A program made the position numbers and the translations under genes. From positions 17,732,001-17,796,000 of the forward strand of contig NC_043002.1 of the NCBI RefSeq assembly GCF_006345805.1: a stretch of DNA of 64,000 nt, read 5' to 3'. The DNA comes from Octopus sinensis. Its lineage: Eukaryota. The notes beneath the pieces were generated by a model. The model worked only from the letters and a program-made list of their open reading frames with translations. It had not been told where the DNA came from and made no database searches. Of the stretch, positions 1-14,560 are shown one piece after another (within the stretch, counting starts at the first letter, position 1; each line of letters starts with the position of its first letter).

Positions 1-4
1 ATAT

Positions 5-38
<34 letters not shown>

Positions 39-50
39 AGTACATTTATG

Positions 51-120
<70 letters not shown>

Positions 121-900
121 TACATGTATATATATATATATATATATAGATATACATGTATATATATATATACAGATATACATGTATATATATATATATA
201 TACTGATATACATGTATATACTATATATATACATATGTATATATACAAATATAAAAATATATACAACTATATGTACGTACATATATGTGTGTATATGCGT
301 GTGTGTATGTGCGTGCGCACGTATGTGTATTCAATATATTTAATATTATTAATTTCAGGGATATAATTTCGTATATGAAATAACTGTGATATAACATTAG
401 AAAAAAAAAGGAAACAATGCTATCTAAAGTGGAGTTTTCAAGAATATAAAGCGAAATGAACAAAAAACAAAAAAACAAATGATAAATATGTATGTGTTAA
501 TTTATAGCATTCTGCTTAAAACATTGTTTTATCCGATCACTTCATCCCACCCATTCAATAATATTGCTGTTGGTGAAATTTCAAAACAGAATATTAGAAA
601 AAAAAATTAAAGCTTTCGGTTCTTTTATTCTTGGCATCAACGCCATAATCGTTAATAACAATGGTTTTCTATCAAATTCTATTGTTATGAAGACTTCAAT
701 ATGTAGGAAACTGACAACTACACAATAAGGCATGAATATACATAATTACACAGGCATGCACACTCACAGAGTAATATACATACATTCATAAAAACATATA
801 TACATATATATATACATACATACATTTATATATATATATATACAAACACACACACACATATATATATAAATATAAACACACACATATATATATATATATG

Positions 901-982
<82 letters not shown>

Positions 983-1029
983 CACACATATATATATACA
1001 CACACACATATATATATATAGAGAGAGAG

Positions 1030-1078
<49 letters not shown>

Positions 1079-1400
1079 CATATATATGTGTGTGTGTGTG
1101 TATATATATAAAGTAATAAAAAGAGGGAGAAGAAGGAGATAGAGACAAAGGGGAAAAGAAATTGTAGAACGATTTTTTATATAAATGTATGTGCATGAAT
1201 GTATGTATGTATAAAGTTATATAATTTGGTACGTGTTCAAATTTAGATGTATATAACTTGTGAATCTATTCTCCATATGACATAACTCATGATTATTGAT
1301 ATGGTATTAATTCATTTCATTTACAATTCTATTCTACTTTCATTCCATGTTTGCACACACAAAGACACACACACACACGCACTTATGTGTTATGTGTATG

Positions 1401-1479
<79 letters not shown>

Positions 1480-1551
1480 GCGTGTGTGTGTGTTATATAC
1501 AGCGGCACAAATACATGTTCACACCCATATTGCACAAATATTCATACATAC

Positions 1552-1633
<82 letters not shown>

Positions 1634-1911
1634 CATATATATAATTAGTTATGCATCAAATGCCTCAACACGTGTGCATATCAATATTGAAGAGTGATAC
1701 AGACATAAATAGACATTTGTAGGTATCGCTTTATCCAGCATGGTCTATATGTTAATACTTAGATATAGAATTAAAAAGGTACACCGCATATATAAATATA
1801 CGCATATACATACCATTCTAGATACATATTTACATATATATATCTTAGCTTGTATAGATTTATATCTAACTATTTATGCATTGAATATATGTATACGTGT
1901 CTTTATGTATG

Positions 1912-1977
<66 letters not shown>

Positions 1978-2516
1978 ATAATATATATATATATACATAC
2001 ATGTATTATATATATCTGTATGTATACATAAATATGTATAAATATATATACACGTTAAATCCTACCACTATACATGTTTATATATGCGTTTGTATGTACG
2101 TGTGTGTTTGTGAATTTGCGCATTTATGAAGTTTTCAGATTTTTAATATCAGATGGAAATTATTGTATTGATTTTACATAAAATGCTATTGATCTTATAT
2201 ATAATCTTTTAATTTCCCCAGGGGAATAGTACGGATCAATAAAATAATAGGAAAAGCAAAAATATATGAGAGTGCAGCATATTTCTGGGGGATTTGAAAT
2301 GAGATTTTGATACATAAATCTTATATCATTCGCCATTTTCACACGATTGAATTTCATATTTGTTTGCTCTGTTTTACATTTTTAGCACACAAAACCAGTA
2401 TGTTATTTTCTACTACACTTTATTGAAATACTCCATACCGGGTGTCATCACGTATAATATCCTATCATATTTAACTACTGTATATCTGTATGTATATATG
2501 TATATATGTATATGTA

Positions 2517-2574
<58 letters not shown>

Positions 2575-2588
2575 TATGTATATATATG

Positions 2589-2664
<76 letters not shown>

Positions 2665-2890
2665 GATGTATATATATAGATGTATATATGTATTTTTATA
2701 TGTATATATATATGTATATATGTATATATATATATATAGGTGCACACACGCGCGCGTGCTTACACACACATGCATATACATATATGGATGAAACGAGTAG
2801 ATGAGTAAAAGTAAAATATATATATATGTGTGTGTGTGTGTGCGTGTGTTTGTGTGTGTGTATTTATTTATATATGTATGTATGTATGTA
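1..2890. repeat. Field of (AT)n, (AC)n and (ATAC)n microsatellites with short unique spacers
   Basis: Long interrupted dinucleotide tracts at about 1-345, 770-1110, 1400-1640, 1900-2110 and 2480-2890. These generate the IY/HT-repeat ORFs in the track. Confidence 0.95.
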
Positions 2891-3140
2891 GAAATAAAAG
2901 CTACATTTTAAACACACTATAATATTAGTGCTCATGTCTACAAGTTAAACGATGCAATTTCCTGTAAATACAGAGTATAACACAATACAAATATATCTTA
3001 CTTGATCATGAATTCAGTGTTTCACTGCAGTCGAAATAATTTCAGTTATAAGTTATACTATTAATTATCCGATAAACAAAACCCAAGTTTCATTATGCTG
3101 TGGTTGAAGATGATTAGGATGAAAATAAGCGGTAATGGGA

Positions 3141-3372
3141 TGGCGGCGAGCTGGCAGAAACGTTAGCACGCCGGGCGAAATGCTTTGCGGTATTTCGTCT
3201 GCCGCTACGTTCTGAGTTCAAATTCCGCCGAGGTCGACTTTGCCTTTCATCCTTTCGGGGTCGATTAAATAAGTACCAGTTACGCACTGGGGTCGATATA
3301 ATCGACTTATTCCGTTTGTCTGTCCTTGTTTGTCCTCTCTGTGTTTAGCCCCTTGTGGGTAGTAAAGAAATA
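3141..3372 (+). mobile_element. tRNA-derived SINE, family A (Nin/Deu-like central domain), full length
   Basis: Head GGCGGCGAGCTGGCAGAAACG (A-box-like), B-box GTTCAAATTCC, core GTCGACTTTGCCTTTCATCCTTTCGGGGTCGAT..AAGTACCAG. 10-bp TSD GGTAATGGGA at 3131-3140 and 3373-3382. Many sibling copies in the window. Confidence 0.9.
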
Positions 3373-3453
3373 GGTAATGGGACGGATGGTTAAAAGGTTT
3401 AAGAATGGAACAAAAACAAATAGAAAATATATTAATGAACAAATACAAATTAT

Positions 3454-3769
3454 AACAAGAGCGCTCAGAGGGCACATACCACCGCCATGGTAACACCAAC
3501 GTCGTCTCAACGATTAACCGGAGATGATTAGCCGGAGACGAAAATACTAAAAATGAATCCGACCGTTTTCGAAAATTATGCAAAAAATCCGGAAAAATAA
3601 TCCAGAATCTTTGTCCAATACCGGATCGATCCCCACATCTAATCAGTGTGTGCCAGTCATGCGGCCAAACATCCCTGAAAGTTCCATCCGAATCCATGCG
3701 GCTATTCTTGAGATATCTTGTCCGCGAACCAGCAAACAAGCAAACAAACAAACGTGACTTAAAACAATA
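3454..3769 (+). mobile_element. Putative non-autonomous Helentron-associated (HINE-like) element, 3'-truncated
   Basis: Starts AACAAGAG, non-coding body, (CAAA)n tract near the 3' end. This layout resembles mollusc HINE/DINE-type repeats, but no terminal hairpin is retained. Class is inferred from memory of similar elements. Confidence 0.4.
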
Positions 3770-4013
3770 TTAACAGAAAGGAGAGCAATAATAAAATTCA
3801 ATAATAATCCTTCCTAAAATGGGCACTCGTATTGAAATTTTGGAGGGGAAAGGAGATTTCATCGACCTCAGTACAAAGTTGTTACTTAAATGGTCAATCT
3901 CGAAAAGGTGACAGGCAAACTGAATCTCAGTAGAATTTGAGCTCAGAAAGCCGAAAGTGACGCAGCTGAGCATTCTGTCCGGCTTACTAAAGATTCTGTC
4001 CACCAACTGCATT

Positions 4014-4370
4014 AAAGAAGAAGGAGGAGGAGAAGAAGGAGAAGAAGAAGGAGGAGGAGGAGAAGAAGGAGAACAAGAAGAAGGAGGAGGAGGAGGAGGA
4101 GAAGAAGGAGAAGAAAAAGAAGGAGGAGAAGAAGAAGAAGAAGAAGAAGGAAGAGAAGAAGAAGGAGGAGGAGGAGAAGAAGGAGGAGGAGAAGAAGAAG
4201 GAGGAGAAGGAGAAGAAGAAGGAGGAGAAAAAGGAGGAGAAGAAGAAGAAGGAGAATAAGGAGGAGAAGGATGAGAAGAAGGAGAAGAAGAATAAGAAGG
4301 AGGAGAAGAAGAAGGAGGAGAAGAAGAAGGAGGACAAGAAGGAGAAGAAGAAGAAGAAGAGGAAGAAAAG
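4014..4370 (+). repeat. Compound (GAA/GGA)n homopurine tract
   Basis: About 355 bp almost exclusively A/G on the + strand. Confidence 0.95.
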
Positions 4371-4439
4371 CACAGACAAATTTATGAATGTAGTTAAGTA
4401 ATACTTGATCAAATGTGGTACAGGAGAAAAGAACAAGAC

Positions 4440-5235
4440 TGAAAAAGAAAAGAACATATTAAACTGATTGAAGAGAAATCATTGCATGGTCAGTTCTGGA
4501 AAGCAACTGAGGATGTATGTGGAACAAAAAACAACCGAAAAAAAAAGATTCAGAGAGCCTTATTATGACAGCTGAAGACCAAGCGTTAAATCAAGCAACC
4601 TGAGAAAATATGTGTGTGGAGAGAAAGAGTCAGCAAAATATAGACTATGTATAATCTGAAATGAAACAGTGGTACACATTGTTGTGGAATGTCCCAAGTT
4701 GGTACAGGAAGGATACAAGAATTGGAAGCATGATCAAGTGTTAAAGTTTTACACTGGAATCACTAGCACATCAGTCGGTGAAATGCGAAATTTTATTGAA
4801 TTTTCCTTTTGAAACAGATAAAAAGCTAGAAAATAATAAACCATACATAATAAAAATAGGCAGGGACATTTTTTTTTTTTTTTTTTTTTTTTACTAATTG
4901 AGTAATTATGTCCACTTCATTGTAAAGACAGAGGATGACAATTTTACAAAATACAGTCCCTTAAAATTTGAAATTGTGTGAATTTGAATTATGATAACTA
5001 TGTCTTTAATATTTGGTGCATTAGGAACTATGAGTAAAGATATAGACAAATGGTTGAAAGAGACTGGAATAGAATGTCCTGTAGAACTTCTACGGAAAGT
5101 CTGCCTTTTCGGGACAAGAAAGATTATTGAAAAGTTATGGATATCTAAGGTTACGGGTATAAATCGCTACCCATAAAAATTCTACTAAGAATAAAAAAAT
5201 CTTGAGTCAAGTCAATGAGAGTGATACAATAATAT
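4440..5235 (+). mobile_element. Decayed 3' fragment of R4/Dong-like non-LTR retrotransposon (CCHC + RLE region)
   Basis: Broken-frame motifs LHGQF, AEDQAL, ETVVHIVVECPKLVQEGYK..KHDQV, NNKP, IFGALGTMSKDIDKWLKETGIE..LLRKVCLFGTRKII. Confidence 0.8.
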
Positions 5236-5989
5236 TCTTTAACTTTTAATATACAAGAAGCCTTCAGCGCTAGTATCAAAACATTGTAGATCTTTGAGTA
5301 TAATATTATGGATCACTTTAGCGTTTCCCAAAATATCATTAGACATTCCTCGTTTCGATTTTCCATATTAATGTTTTATTAATCTAATATATATTCCGCG
5401 GGGAGAATTTATTAACTTTCGTGCTATGGTTTGTTTGTCCGAACTTTAAAAATACTCTCTAATTGACATTTGTGTCAATTATACACAAATAGAATTTAAG
5501 TGTATTTATAACAATCCGTTTACCCATTTATGCGTTCGATTTATTGAAATTTATTTCTTGATCTGCATTTGGATTCTCCTCTCTTTGGGGAATACAGAAG
5601 TTAGCTTGCAATAAATATTTCAACTATGTCTTCATTATTTGATAAATTATTTTGCTAATTTATAATCGGCAGAGTTCATAAGGAGGTTCATTAAAACCAT
5701 TGAAATAAAGATAAATATAGAGATTTAAACAAAAATACTCATCTGCGCAACGCACTAGAGACAAAATTCTCGTTCCTTTCATACTATTAAAGTCGTAGCT
5801 ACTAACAAACTACTCCTTTGTTCCCGCTTATAGTCTATTCATGAATGCGTCTTAGATGTAAAGCCCTCAGCATATCCCCATTGGCACGAAATACATAGGT
5901 GTCTCTTGCATTATATATCAAATATCCGCTGAAAAACATCTAAGTTTGAGTACCTATGATAACTTGGAGTAGGTTGTTGGTATAATTCT

Positions 5990-6335
5990 GTCTAATCAAA
6001 TACATCGAGCTCAGTGCGTAACTGGTACGTATTTTATGGAGCGTGAACTGATGAAAAGCAAAATCGACCTTCGCAGAATTGAACTGAGAACATAAAACCG
6101 CAATAAATACAACGAAGCCTTTTGTCCGTCCAGATAAGAATTCCACCAGATCACTGTCTTTAACAGTAATTCTCTCTGATTTAAGTGCAAGGCCAGTAAT
6201 TGTCAGGGAACGGGGAAAACGATTGCTAAGGCTTCAGCGTTTAACCTAGAAATGATAAATGATAAAGTCAACCGTCATCGAATTTGAACACAGAACGTAA
6301 AGAGTTTTAATAAATACCGTATCGCATTTTCCTTA
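5990..6335 (-). mobile_element. Two heavily diverged family A SINE remnants
   Basis: Reverse-complement matches to family A, e.g. CAGTGCGTAACTGGTAC, GATGAAAAGCAAAATCGACC, GAATTTGAACACAGAACGT. Confidence 0.6.
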
Positions 6336-9300
6336 CACGCAAAAAAGCTGAGTCAGCTTGTCGACGTGGTTTCATATTTTGACTTAAGGCTGGCAGGTTT
6401 AGGAAAGTGGCTCGATTACACCGCCTCCAGGCTCAAATGTTACTTATTTTACCGACTGTGAACAGGAGGTTCGGTTGTTACAGTATAACTTCCCGTTAAC
6501 ACACATTCTGTAATTATTATCTGAACACAAGTACGGTGTTGTATACTATGTATGAGATGCATGAAAATTATATGTTGATTCCTAATATGAAACTTAGAGG
6601 AACATACAGGATGCTGTAATTCTTTAATGTGAAATAAAAACTGATTACAGACAAATTATGAGAGATTCCAAAAATGGGGCAATCATGAAAATTGAGAGAA
6701 AACTCATCATTCTAAATCCTTTTCTACCGCAGTTCATGATTGATCTCATACTAATTTCGAGTAATACACCGGCATTCTGCTACAGTGATCTAAGCCATTT
6801 ACTTGCAGTAGGTGAGATAGCAATTGATAGCAATTTTAAAACTAGGTTCCCTCCATGACATTTCCTATCTTTAGAGTTACATGCCAGTTAGGCAATGAAG
6901 ACGCATAAAACAAATTGGGCATCGACGTCAAGAAGTATGGATCTTAAGTTGTTGAAAGCAAGATGTTACTTCCTGATATGCAAGAGGCAAAACTGGAATG
7001 TCTGTAACAAACTTTAGAATATTCAAAGTATTTCAAAATCAAAAAGGGCGCTGGCCTTCCCAAAGTCTGAATAGAAAGCATTTTGTCTTTATAGAACAAA
7101 AACGTGGATGATGAAGATTATTTGACATCGTTTTGATGATACGTAAAAGAGAGTCTAGGACATCGTGTTGAGAGAGCAGATGAGGAACGAAATTTATGAA
7201 ATCCAGAGTCATATAATATTTATATCTTCAAGACTCCTGCTTCCTGGTAAGGTAGAAAGATTATTCAACTATTTTCATGTCATTAACTGAAATATGCAGC
7301 AGCATGGAATGGTGGACCTAACAAGGTTAAGGTGGGATAGAGATTCCAAGCAGCTGTGTGGTAAAACGCATCTCGAAATTAATTCCGAGAAAGTCATTAT
7401 ACAATGACGTAATTGTCAGTATAGATACAAATGCTTTTGGCCAATGACACTCTGATGACCAGCGAAAACCTGTGTCCTAATTGTTCAACCACGAGATGCC
7501 CCAGCTATAACAAATGTTCGAACATCTAGAATATTCAAATATCATCTATCTTGGAAAAATACTTATGTGTCTCTAAGAGTGTTGAAGTTACATTTGAAAT
7601 CATTTTATTTCGAATCAAAGAGTAGGTTATATAACTAATGAATGATCTAATATTAACTCTGAGAATGCTACGAAACCTAACGAAAAGAAGGTTGGTCTAT
7701 CTACCCTTTTGTCCTCTAGAAAAATGCTCTCTGATCATCCAATTACACACCACTTGGTGCATGGGTCTCTTGCCACTTCTTTTTTTCCTTACTTTTTATA
7801 TAATCTACTATCAAACTACTGTACCAAAACTGATATTGGTATAATTTACGCTCAGAGTTAAAACTAGTGAGTATGATCGCATCAGAATGTTTTCCCCTAA
7901 AATCATCTAAAGTCAATATAATGTTATTCAAACAGACGTCGGATTGTGTCTGGCAACCAAGAAGAAGAATGATCTGTCTGGCAAACTCTTCGTATAATTT
8001 TTCTCTCAGCCAACTTTCGTTCACAAGTCTTTACACTAGCCGCAGAAAATACTTGCTGAATATGAAGCAAAATGGATCCGAACACAACAGTTGCCAACCG
8101 AACTTGTCAGCCACGTGGCTATGACAGCATCCCATTGGAAGATGTGTGATGAAGTCACTAATTGTAATTAATGCTTGAGTTGTTTTTGTGAGATGGGAAA
8201 ATCGTTGCTTTCATTTGAACTTCAACCCAGCTGCTGTCAGTCTTCAAACTCCCATTTTAATAACAAAGTTATTTCAGACAAAAGTAGTAATTTATTTTAA
8301 GTTCCTTGCAGCTCACGTCGAAAAGAAACATTGACATCTTTGTTTTCGCTGTAATTTTTGTCTAGTTGTATTTATCTCGATTCGGAATACTTAGGAAATA
8401 AAGAGGTAATAGTCTCGAGTTTATTGCAACCAATTAACATCTAGCATTTAACGGTCAATTTCCTTGCTGTTATGAAATACTTTAAACGAGACAGGTAATT
8501 ATGAAAATGTCACAGTTAATTATGTCCACACAGACGTAAAAGGATATTTTGTGTGAATCATTGTAAAAATTCAGTACCATTTTATATAGATGACTATCTC
8601 GAACACCAGGATTTGACCAAATATAAGGAATACGAAAATGTGGGAAGAGAAATGTGTTTAGCTGAAGTGGTATTTTAACCGATTTTTTCAAAATACATCC
8701 TGACTGAATACACTTCTGCAAATTACGATATTTATCAACTCATGTCAAAGAGAGCGGAACCATCTGTGGAATCATATTTGGTATAAATTATTTACTTCGG
8801 GGTACATAACATGAGATTGATTAGAAGTATTGGTTTTTCATGAAAAACTGTTTTCGTATATAAAAATATGATGGATAATGTCCGAGTATTCCTCAGTCAA
8901 GCAGTACCAGGATGTTTTATTCGATAATTATTGACTAAACAACCAATATTGTAAATACGATACAGTTGGCTTTATTTGTATGTGGAATACCAGCACATTT
9001 TTAAATGATTCAGGTTTGATTGATTATAGAGTGTACACATGTTGTCACGATAGGAAAAGATAATTTTTCTCAGGGTTAAATTAGAGATAGTCATTTTTAT
9101 CTTTCCTACGTAAATTTCAGCGGCTTTGTTACGGATAGTGTGTTATGTTGTAGAATTTCAACTCGGTAAACACATAAAAAATTGTTAACTTTGTAAATAA
9201 AGAATTGGAAAACAGGGAAGTTACAGAACATTTGAAAATTCTCTAAGGGTAATATAAGTAATAAATTTTGAAACTGCAGTAATGTAATATGAAATGGAAG

Positions 9301-9664
9301 TTTTATGGATACAAAAGAAATTGGAATACCAAAACTGATATATATGTTCTATCGCAATAGACTGAGGTGCCAATGTTGTCAGGAGCAGACGTAGGCAACT
9401 TCTCAAACTTATTCATTCAGCAGATGATCGGAATAGGATAAATTATGAGGAGGGAAGATGCACCCAAATAATCGGCCTCTACACATTCTGAGTTTAGAAG
9501 ACTGGGGTATTCTGAAATGATATCTGTGGCTAAAGACCAACATTGCGGCCGCTCACATATTGGAACTCAAGACCGTGACACCAACCCTTTAAACATAATG
9601 AGCTATATATGCATGTGTGTGTGAGTGTGCATGGGAGTATATAAATGTCCATGCATATGTAAGT

Positions 9665-9962
9665 ATTTTAGTCAACCGGATCAAACACAGAACACTTTAA
9701 TCCTGGTACTTGTTCTATCGGATGAAAACAAACCAACATCAGCCGTCAAGTGATGGTGAGAGACAAACACAGACAGAAAGGCACTCATATGCATGCACAC
9801 ATACACACATATACGACAAGCTTCTTTCGGTTTCCGCCTAAGGCATTTATCTCGCCGAGGCTATGGCAGAATACACCTGCTCAAAAAGGCACGCAATGAA
9901 ACTGGGGCCCCACTATGCGGTAGGGAAGCAAACCTCTTACAACAAAGCCAATCCTGTGCATA
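9665..9962 (-). mobile_element. tRNA-derived SINE, family C, diverged copy
   Basis: Collinear with 35801-36180 (CGACAAGCTTCTTTCGGTTTCCG, CCGAGGCTATGGCAGA, internal (CA)n). Confidence 0.7.
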
Positions 9963-11107
9963 TACAGTGGGGTGGAGGAATAAATATTCGTACATGTCAA
10001 AATTCTTTATTTATCTAATTTCTAATGAACATAAATGGAATATACCAATACTATATTTGCATACAGATGCATAAACTAAGAATATACAAAAGAAACTAAT
10101 AAATTATAGTAACTAAGGAATTTATATAGAATCATAAATATTTAGTGGTGAAAAAAGTATTCGTACAGAATAAATTTATGATTTTCCATGCCACAAAATA
10201 CTGTTAAAATAATATTTTTTACTAGAACTTTATCGTTTGTTCCAATAATCTTATCATATATACGCATTTGTATAAACATAATAATGTAACAAAATAGTTT
10301 CTTACACACACACACTCACACACACACACACTCACACACACTCACACACACAAGCCAATACACAAACTCTCTCTAACACACACACACATATACCCCTGCT
10401 ATATGGGGCATATATTTTTCTGTTGTTGTAACAGTTATTATTGTTGCTGAAAGAGCACAAGAAATATTTGGTACATTTCTAATGACAATATCATTAACAA
10501 TGCTTCATTCCCATCCTCCCTCTATATTTTATTTGTTCTCCCTAAATATAATTACTATTTTTTTCTAACAGTTGAATTCGAAGCAGAAAATCTATAATTC
10601 AATGCGTGTAAATATTGGGTTAAACAGCTTCTGGTTTATAAAATGTGAATGCCTGTACTTTGAATTCAACCATTCAAAACGAATTATTTGTAAACTGTCG
10701 AAGTTTCGTCAGTTTACACGTCTTACTTATAAACTATTCCGACTTTTTTTAAATACAAACTAAGTTTATTATATCCATATTTTACTATATCGCCAAATTT
10801 CTTTCTCTAATCAATTAAAAAAGGGGTACTTCTTGAGACCATTTAAATCACGTATTGAATGTCAATGAGTCGAAAAATTTTATCAATATTGAATATTTAA
10901 AATGAAAATAAAAATAACAAATTCCTCTATCGCAATTCATCCGAAGTTGATATTAGAAAATATAGTTAACTTATGTATGAAATTCTCTTATCTTTATTTA
11001 CTATTAAAATTTTGAAAAGAAAAACCACACTGAAAACCCGCTCGATATACATTCGAAAAGATATTCTTGCCTGAGACTCGATGTGCTGTTTCTTTTGCCA
11101 AAAGCAG

Positions 11108-11146
<39 letters not shown>

Positions 11147-11696
11147 CATATATAAGTGTGTGTATATGAATCTGTGTATGTGTGTGTACGGGACTGCGTG
11201 TGTAGGTAAGTAATGCATTGACTTATCCGTGGATTTTATATAATGCAATCACAAGACTTCATTTTTTTTTTCCAGTAATGATTTCTTTATCCAGCCATTA
11301 TATATTTTAACTCTGCCATTTACAGAAACGATATTCTACACGATATTGATATTCGATATTGCTTTAAGATTACTCTATTTCGATTTCCCAATGAAATAAT
11401 TTCATTAGAATATATATTTCTAAAAAGGGGCGCTAGCTATAAATCAACACCTACAAGACACGTAATATCATCGAGATTAATTTGGATAAAAAGCAAACAA
11501 AAACAAAGAAAAACGTTAGTATAAAACAGAAAATCAAGAGGACTGCTTTGATATTTCTGAAAGAGAGATCAATACGGATATATAGATTAGATGAATTAGA
11601 TTAAATAGATATTATTTCGAAATAGGCAATATTTTATATTTTAATCTTATTTCGAACTCAAAAACTGTCAATAGTTACATTGCTGATTCTTATTCC

Positions 11697-11747
<51 letters not shown>

Positions 11748-12375
11748 ACTCACACATATGTATGTAAGTATGTATATATATATATATATATCCACTCACA
11801 CATATGTATGTATATATAATATATATATATATATGTTTGTGTGTGTTTGTGTTGCGGTTGCGTGTAAATATGTATGTATGAGTGCTTATATACATACATG
11901 TATATACATACATACATACAACTGACAGTTTATTCACATGCCAATATAAAACTTTTATGGTTCTAATTTTGTGTATTTACTATATACAATGAGTTTTATA
12001 TTGTATTCGAAATTTAATACTTTCGCCTAAAGTTTACTTTTAAAATACAGCTTGAATACACCGTAAAAAGAAGAAAAATTAAATATTTGCTCAATATGTC
12101 ACCTCCATCATCAACGAAGCAACATTCTGCATCGTAGCAGAATAGCTGGTACGTTATCAGTATCTTAGGTTACAATGTGTATTGTACATATGGTTTCATT
12201 AAAAGAAATTGTTTAAATACAAGTAACTGATAGGCAATCGTTTATTTTAACGTGTGGTGTTATGGTTACTATTTGTTTACATTTTGCTCAACACTTCTCA
12301 GGTGTCTGTCAACTAACTCTATCCACTGTCTGTCTATTTTTCCCTCGAATCATTTGTAATGTTTCACGTATATAT

Positions 12376-12428
<53 letters not shown>

Positions 12429-12487
12429 CCATATATGTATATATATAGATATATTTATATACACGTATATGTATATTTATATATATA

Positions 12488-12615
<128 letters not shown>

Positions 12616-12663
12616 CACACACATATATGCATATATATATATATACACATATATGTAAATATA

Positions 12664-12757
<94 letters not shown>

Positions 12758-12760
<3 letters not shown>

Positions 12761-13955
12761 GAGGAAGTACTCAAAAGCAGCCGAAAACTTTCCCTGTGGG
12801 GCAAGCCTGCTGTAGTGCAGGTTTCCGCCGCTAAAACCAACTTCGTTCTGCCCATCAGTCTGCCGACCGGCGTCGCGTCGGGTGAGATCTTACTTCCACG
12901 TAGCGCGTCTTTGTTTAAACAGTGATTCTACCCTCTTCATAGATTTTTACGATGGCTGGAACGAAAAAACAGCGTCCATGAAAATCTGTTTCCTGATTGA
13001 GAACACGGCGGCCAAAACAATTGTCCTAATTGAAAGAGCTTACAAAGCCGCTGCGATGAGTCGAAATACAAGTTTACGAGTAGTTTTGCCGCTTTAAGAA
13101 TGGTTACTTGACTCTGGAAGACCAGCCTCTTTCAGGGTGGCCGTCGAATGAAGATATCACGAAATTTAATAAACCGATCTTGGAGGACAAACGCCAGATA
13201 ATTGACGAACGATTCGATATGACTGGTGTGTCCTGGAGCTCCTTTCAACGACTTTTGAGAGTGGAATTGCGAATGAAATGAATTACAACAAAATGTGTGC
13301 CTCGCTTGCTCACTGAATATCAAAAGCGGTCATGACTGAATTCGTGTCATGGACTGAAAGAACAGTTGGAATGTGATCCGGACCTTTTTTGAAGGTCATC
13401 ATTGGTGAAGAAAGATGGTGCTAGCTACGTTCAGGAAACAAAGCAACAATGAAGTCAATAGAAGTGTTTATTGACACCTACTCCCAAAATGAGTGCCATA
13501 TGAAATCCAATGTCAAGAGGATGCTGATTTGTTTCATCGATGCCAAAGGAATTGTCCACACAGAATTTGTTCCTCCTGGTCAAACAGTTAAACAGAGAAT
13601 TTACTTGGCAATTCTGACGTGTTTGCAAGACGCTGTGAAACAAAAGCGCCCCGACCTGTGACAAAGTGGAGCTAAGGGAGTATGAGACAGTTTTAACCAA
13701 AAGCGGCATGGGCCCGCTTATACACGCTCCCTATTCAAGTGTTCTTGCTCGCTGCGTCTTTTTGTCCCCTCAGATGAAAAAAATTCTTAAAGTAATACGT
13801 TTTGCAGACGTGGAAGAGGTAAAGAAAGAATTATAGGACTACTTGAAACAGTGAAAAACGCATAAGGAGTGATGCGTTGTTTCGAATGGAGAATACCCTG
13901 AAGTCGATAAAATATATAGAGGGAAAACTGAGTAAATAACATTGTATTGTAAACT
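12758..13955 (+). mobile_element. Decayed mariner (Tc1/mariner) transposon with fragmented transposase
   Basis: TA followed by CACGAGG-type 5' end. Fragmented reading: ASMKICFLIENTAAKTIVLIERAYK, VYE.FCRFKNG, CVPRLLTE, IIGEERW, SNVKRMLICFIDAKGIVHTEFVPPGQTV, RFADVEEVK. Right TIR not recognisable. Confidence 0.9.
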
Positions 13956-14470
13956 TTCGATTTCCAGCTACAACATCATATCTCATAGGTAGATAATACC
14001 GTGATGACATTTTCTTACAACACTATATAATATCCTCGTATATGTGTGTGTGTGTTTATGTGTGTGTGTATGTGTGTATGCGCGCGTCTGTGCGTGTGTG
14101 TGAGTATGTACCGAAATAGAAAATATTCGTGTATATATGTGTATATTTATGTGTGTGCGATGGTGCATTTTGTGTGTGAGATTATAACATGACCTGTCAG
14201 GTGATTATAAAGTATTTGGCATCTACCAAATCCACGGTATATACATAATTGTCGCTGGTTCTATCATTCGTTGTATACTCAACGGACACTGAGGAATTCC
14301 TGAAATACATGCTGAGCAAAACAGGGTTTATTTACAGAGACACCGCCTGTAAAATTACATCACGAGACACTTTTGTGCCAAGTGATCGATGCAGGGTGGG
14401 TCGAAACGATCGTTATGATCATAAAGTTCCTCGTAGATTCCATTTTAAGTTTATATTCCATTTACGTTAT

Positions 14471-14560
<90 letters not shown>

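Noticed and set aside
46-2804. Numerous IY/YI/HT/CV-repeat ORFs here and throughout the window
   Set aside because: They are translations of (AT)n, (AC)n and (GATA)n tracts, which lack stops in some frames. There is no coding signal.
3218-3751. 177-aa minus-strand ORF
   Set aside because: It runs across a SINE and an adjacent non-coding repeat; a chance open frame.
7446-7476. GACAC-T-CTGATGA-CCAGC-GAAAACCT-GTGTC hammerhead-like word pair
   Set aside because: No helix II and no UH cleavage site; probably chance.
6880-8400. Possible decayed retroelement coding region (ORFs 7743-8024 and 7867-8124)
   Set aside because: Composition looks coding-like, but I could not find a convincing RT, endonuclease or transposase motif on either strand.
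14200-14400. Exon-like segment with AG/GT boundaries
   Set aside because: Stops occur in all frames for the best splice-site pairs on both strands.
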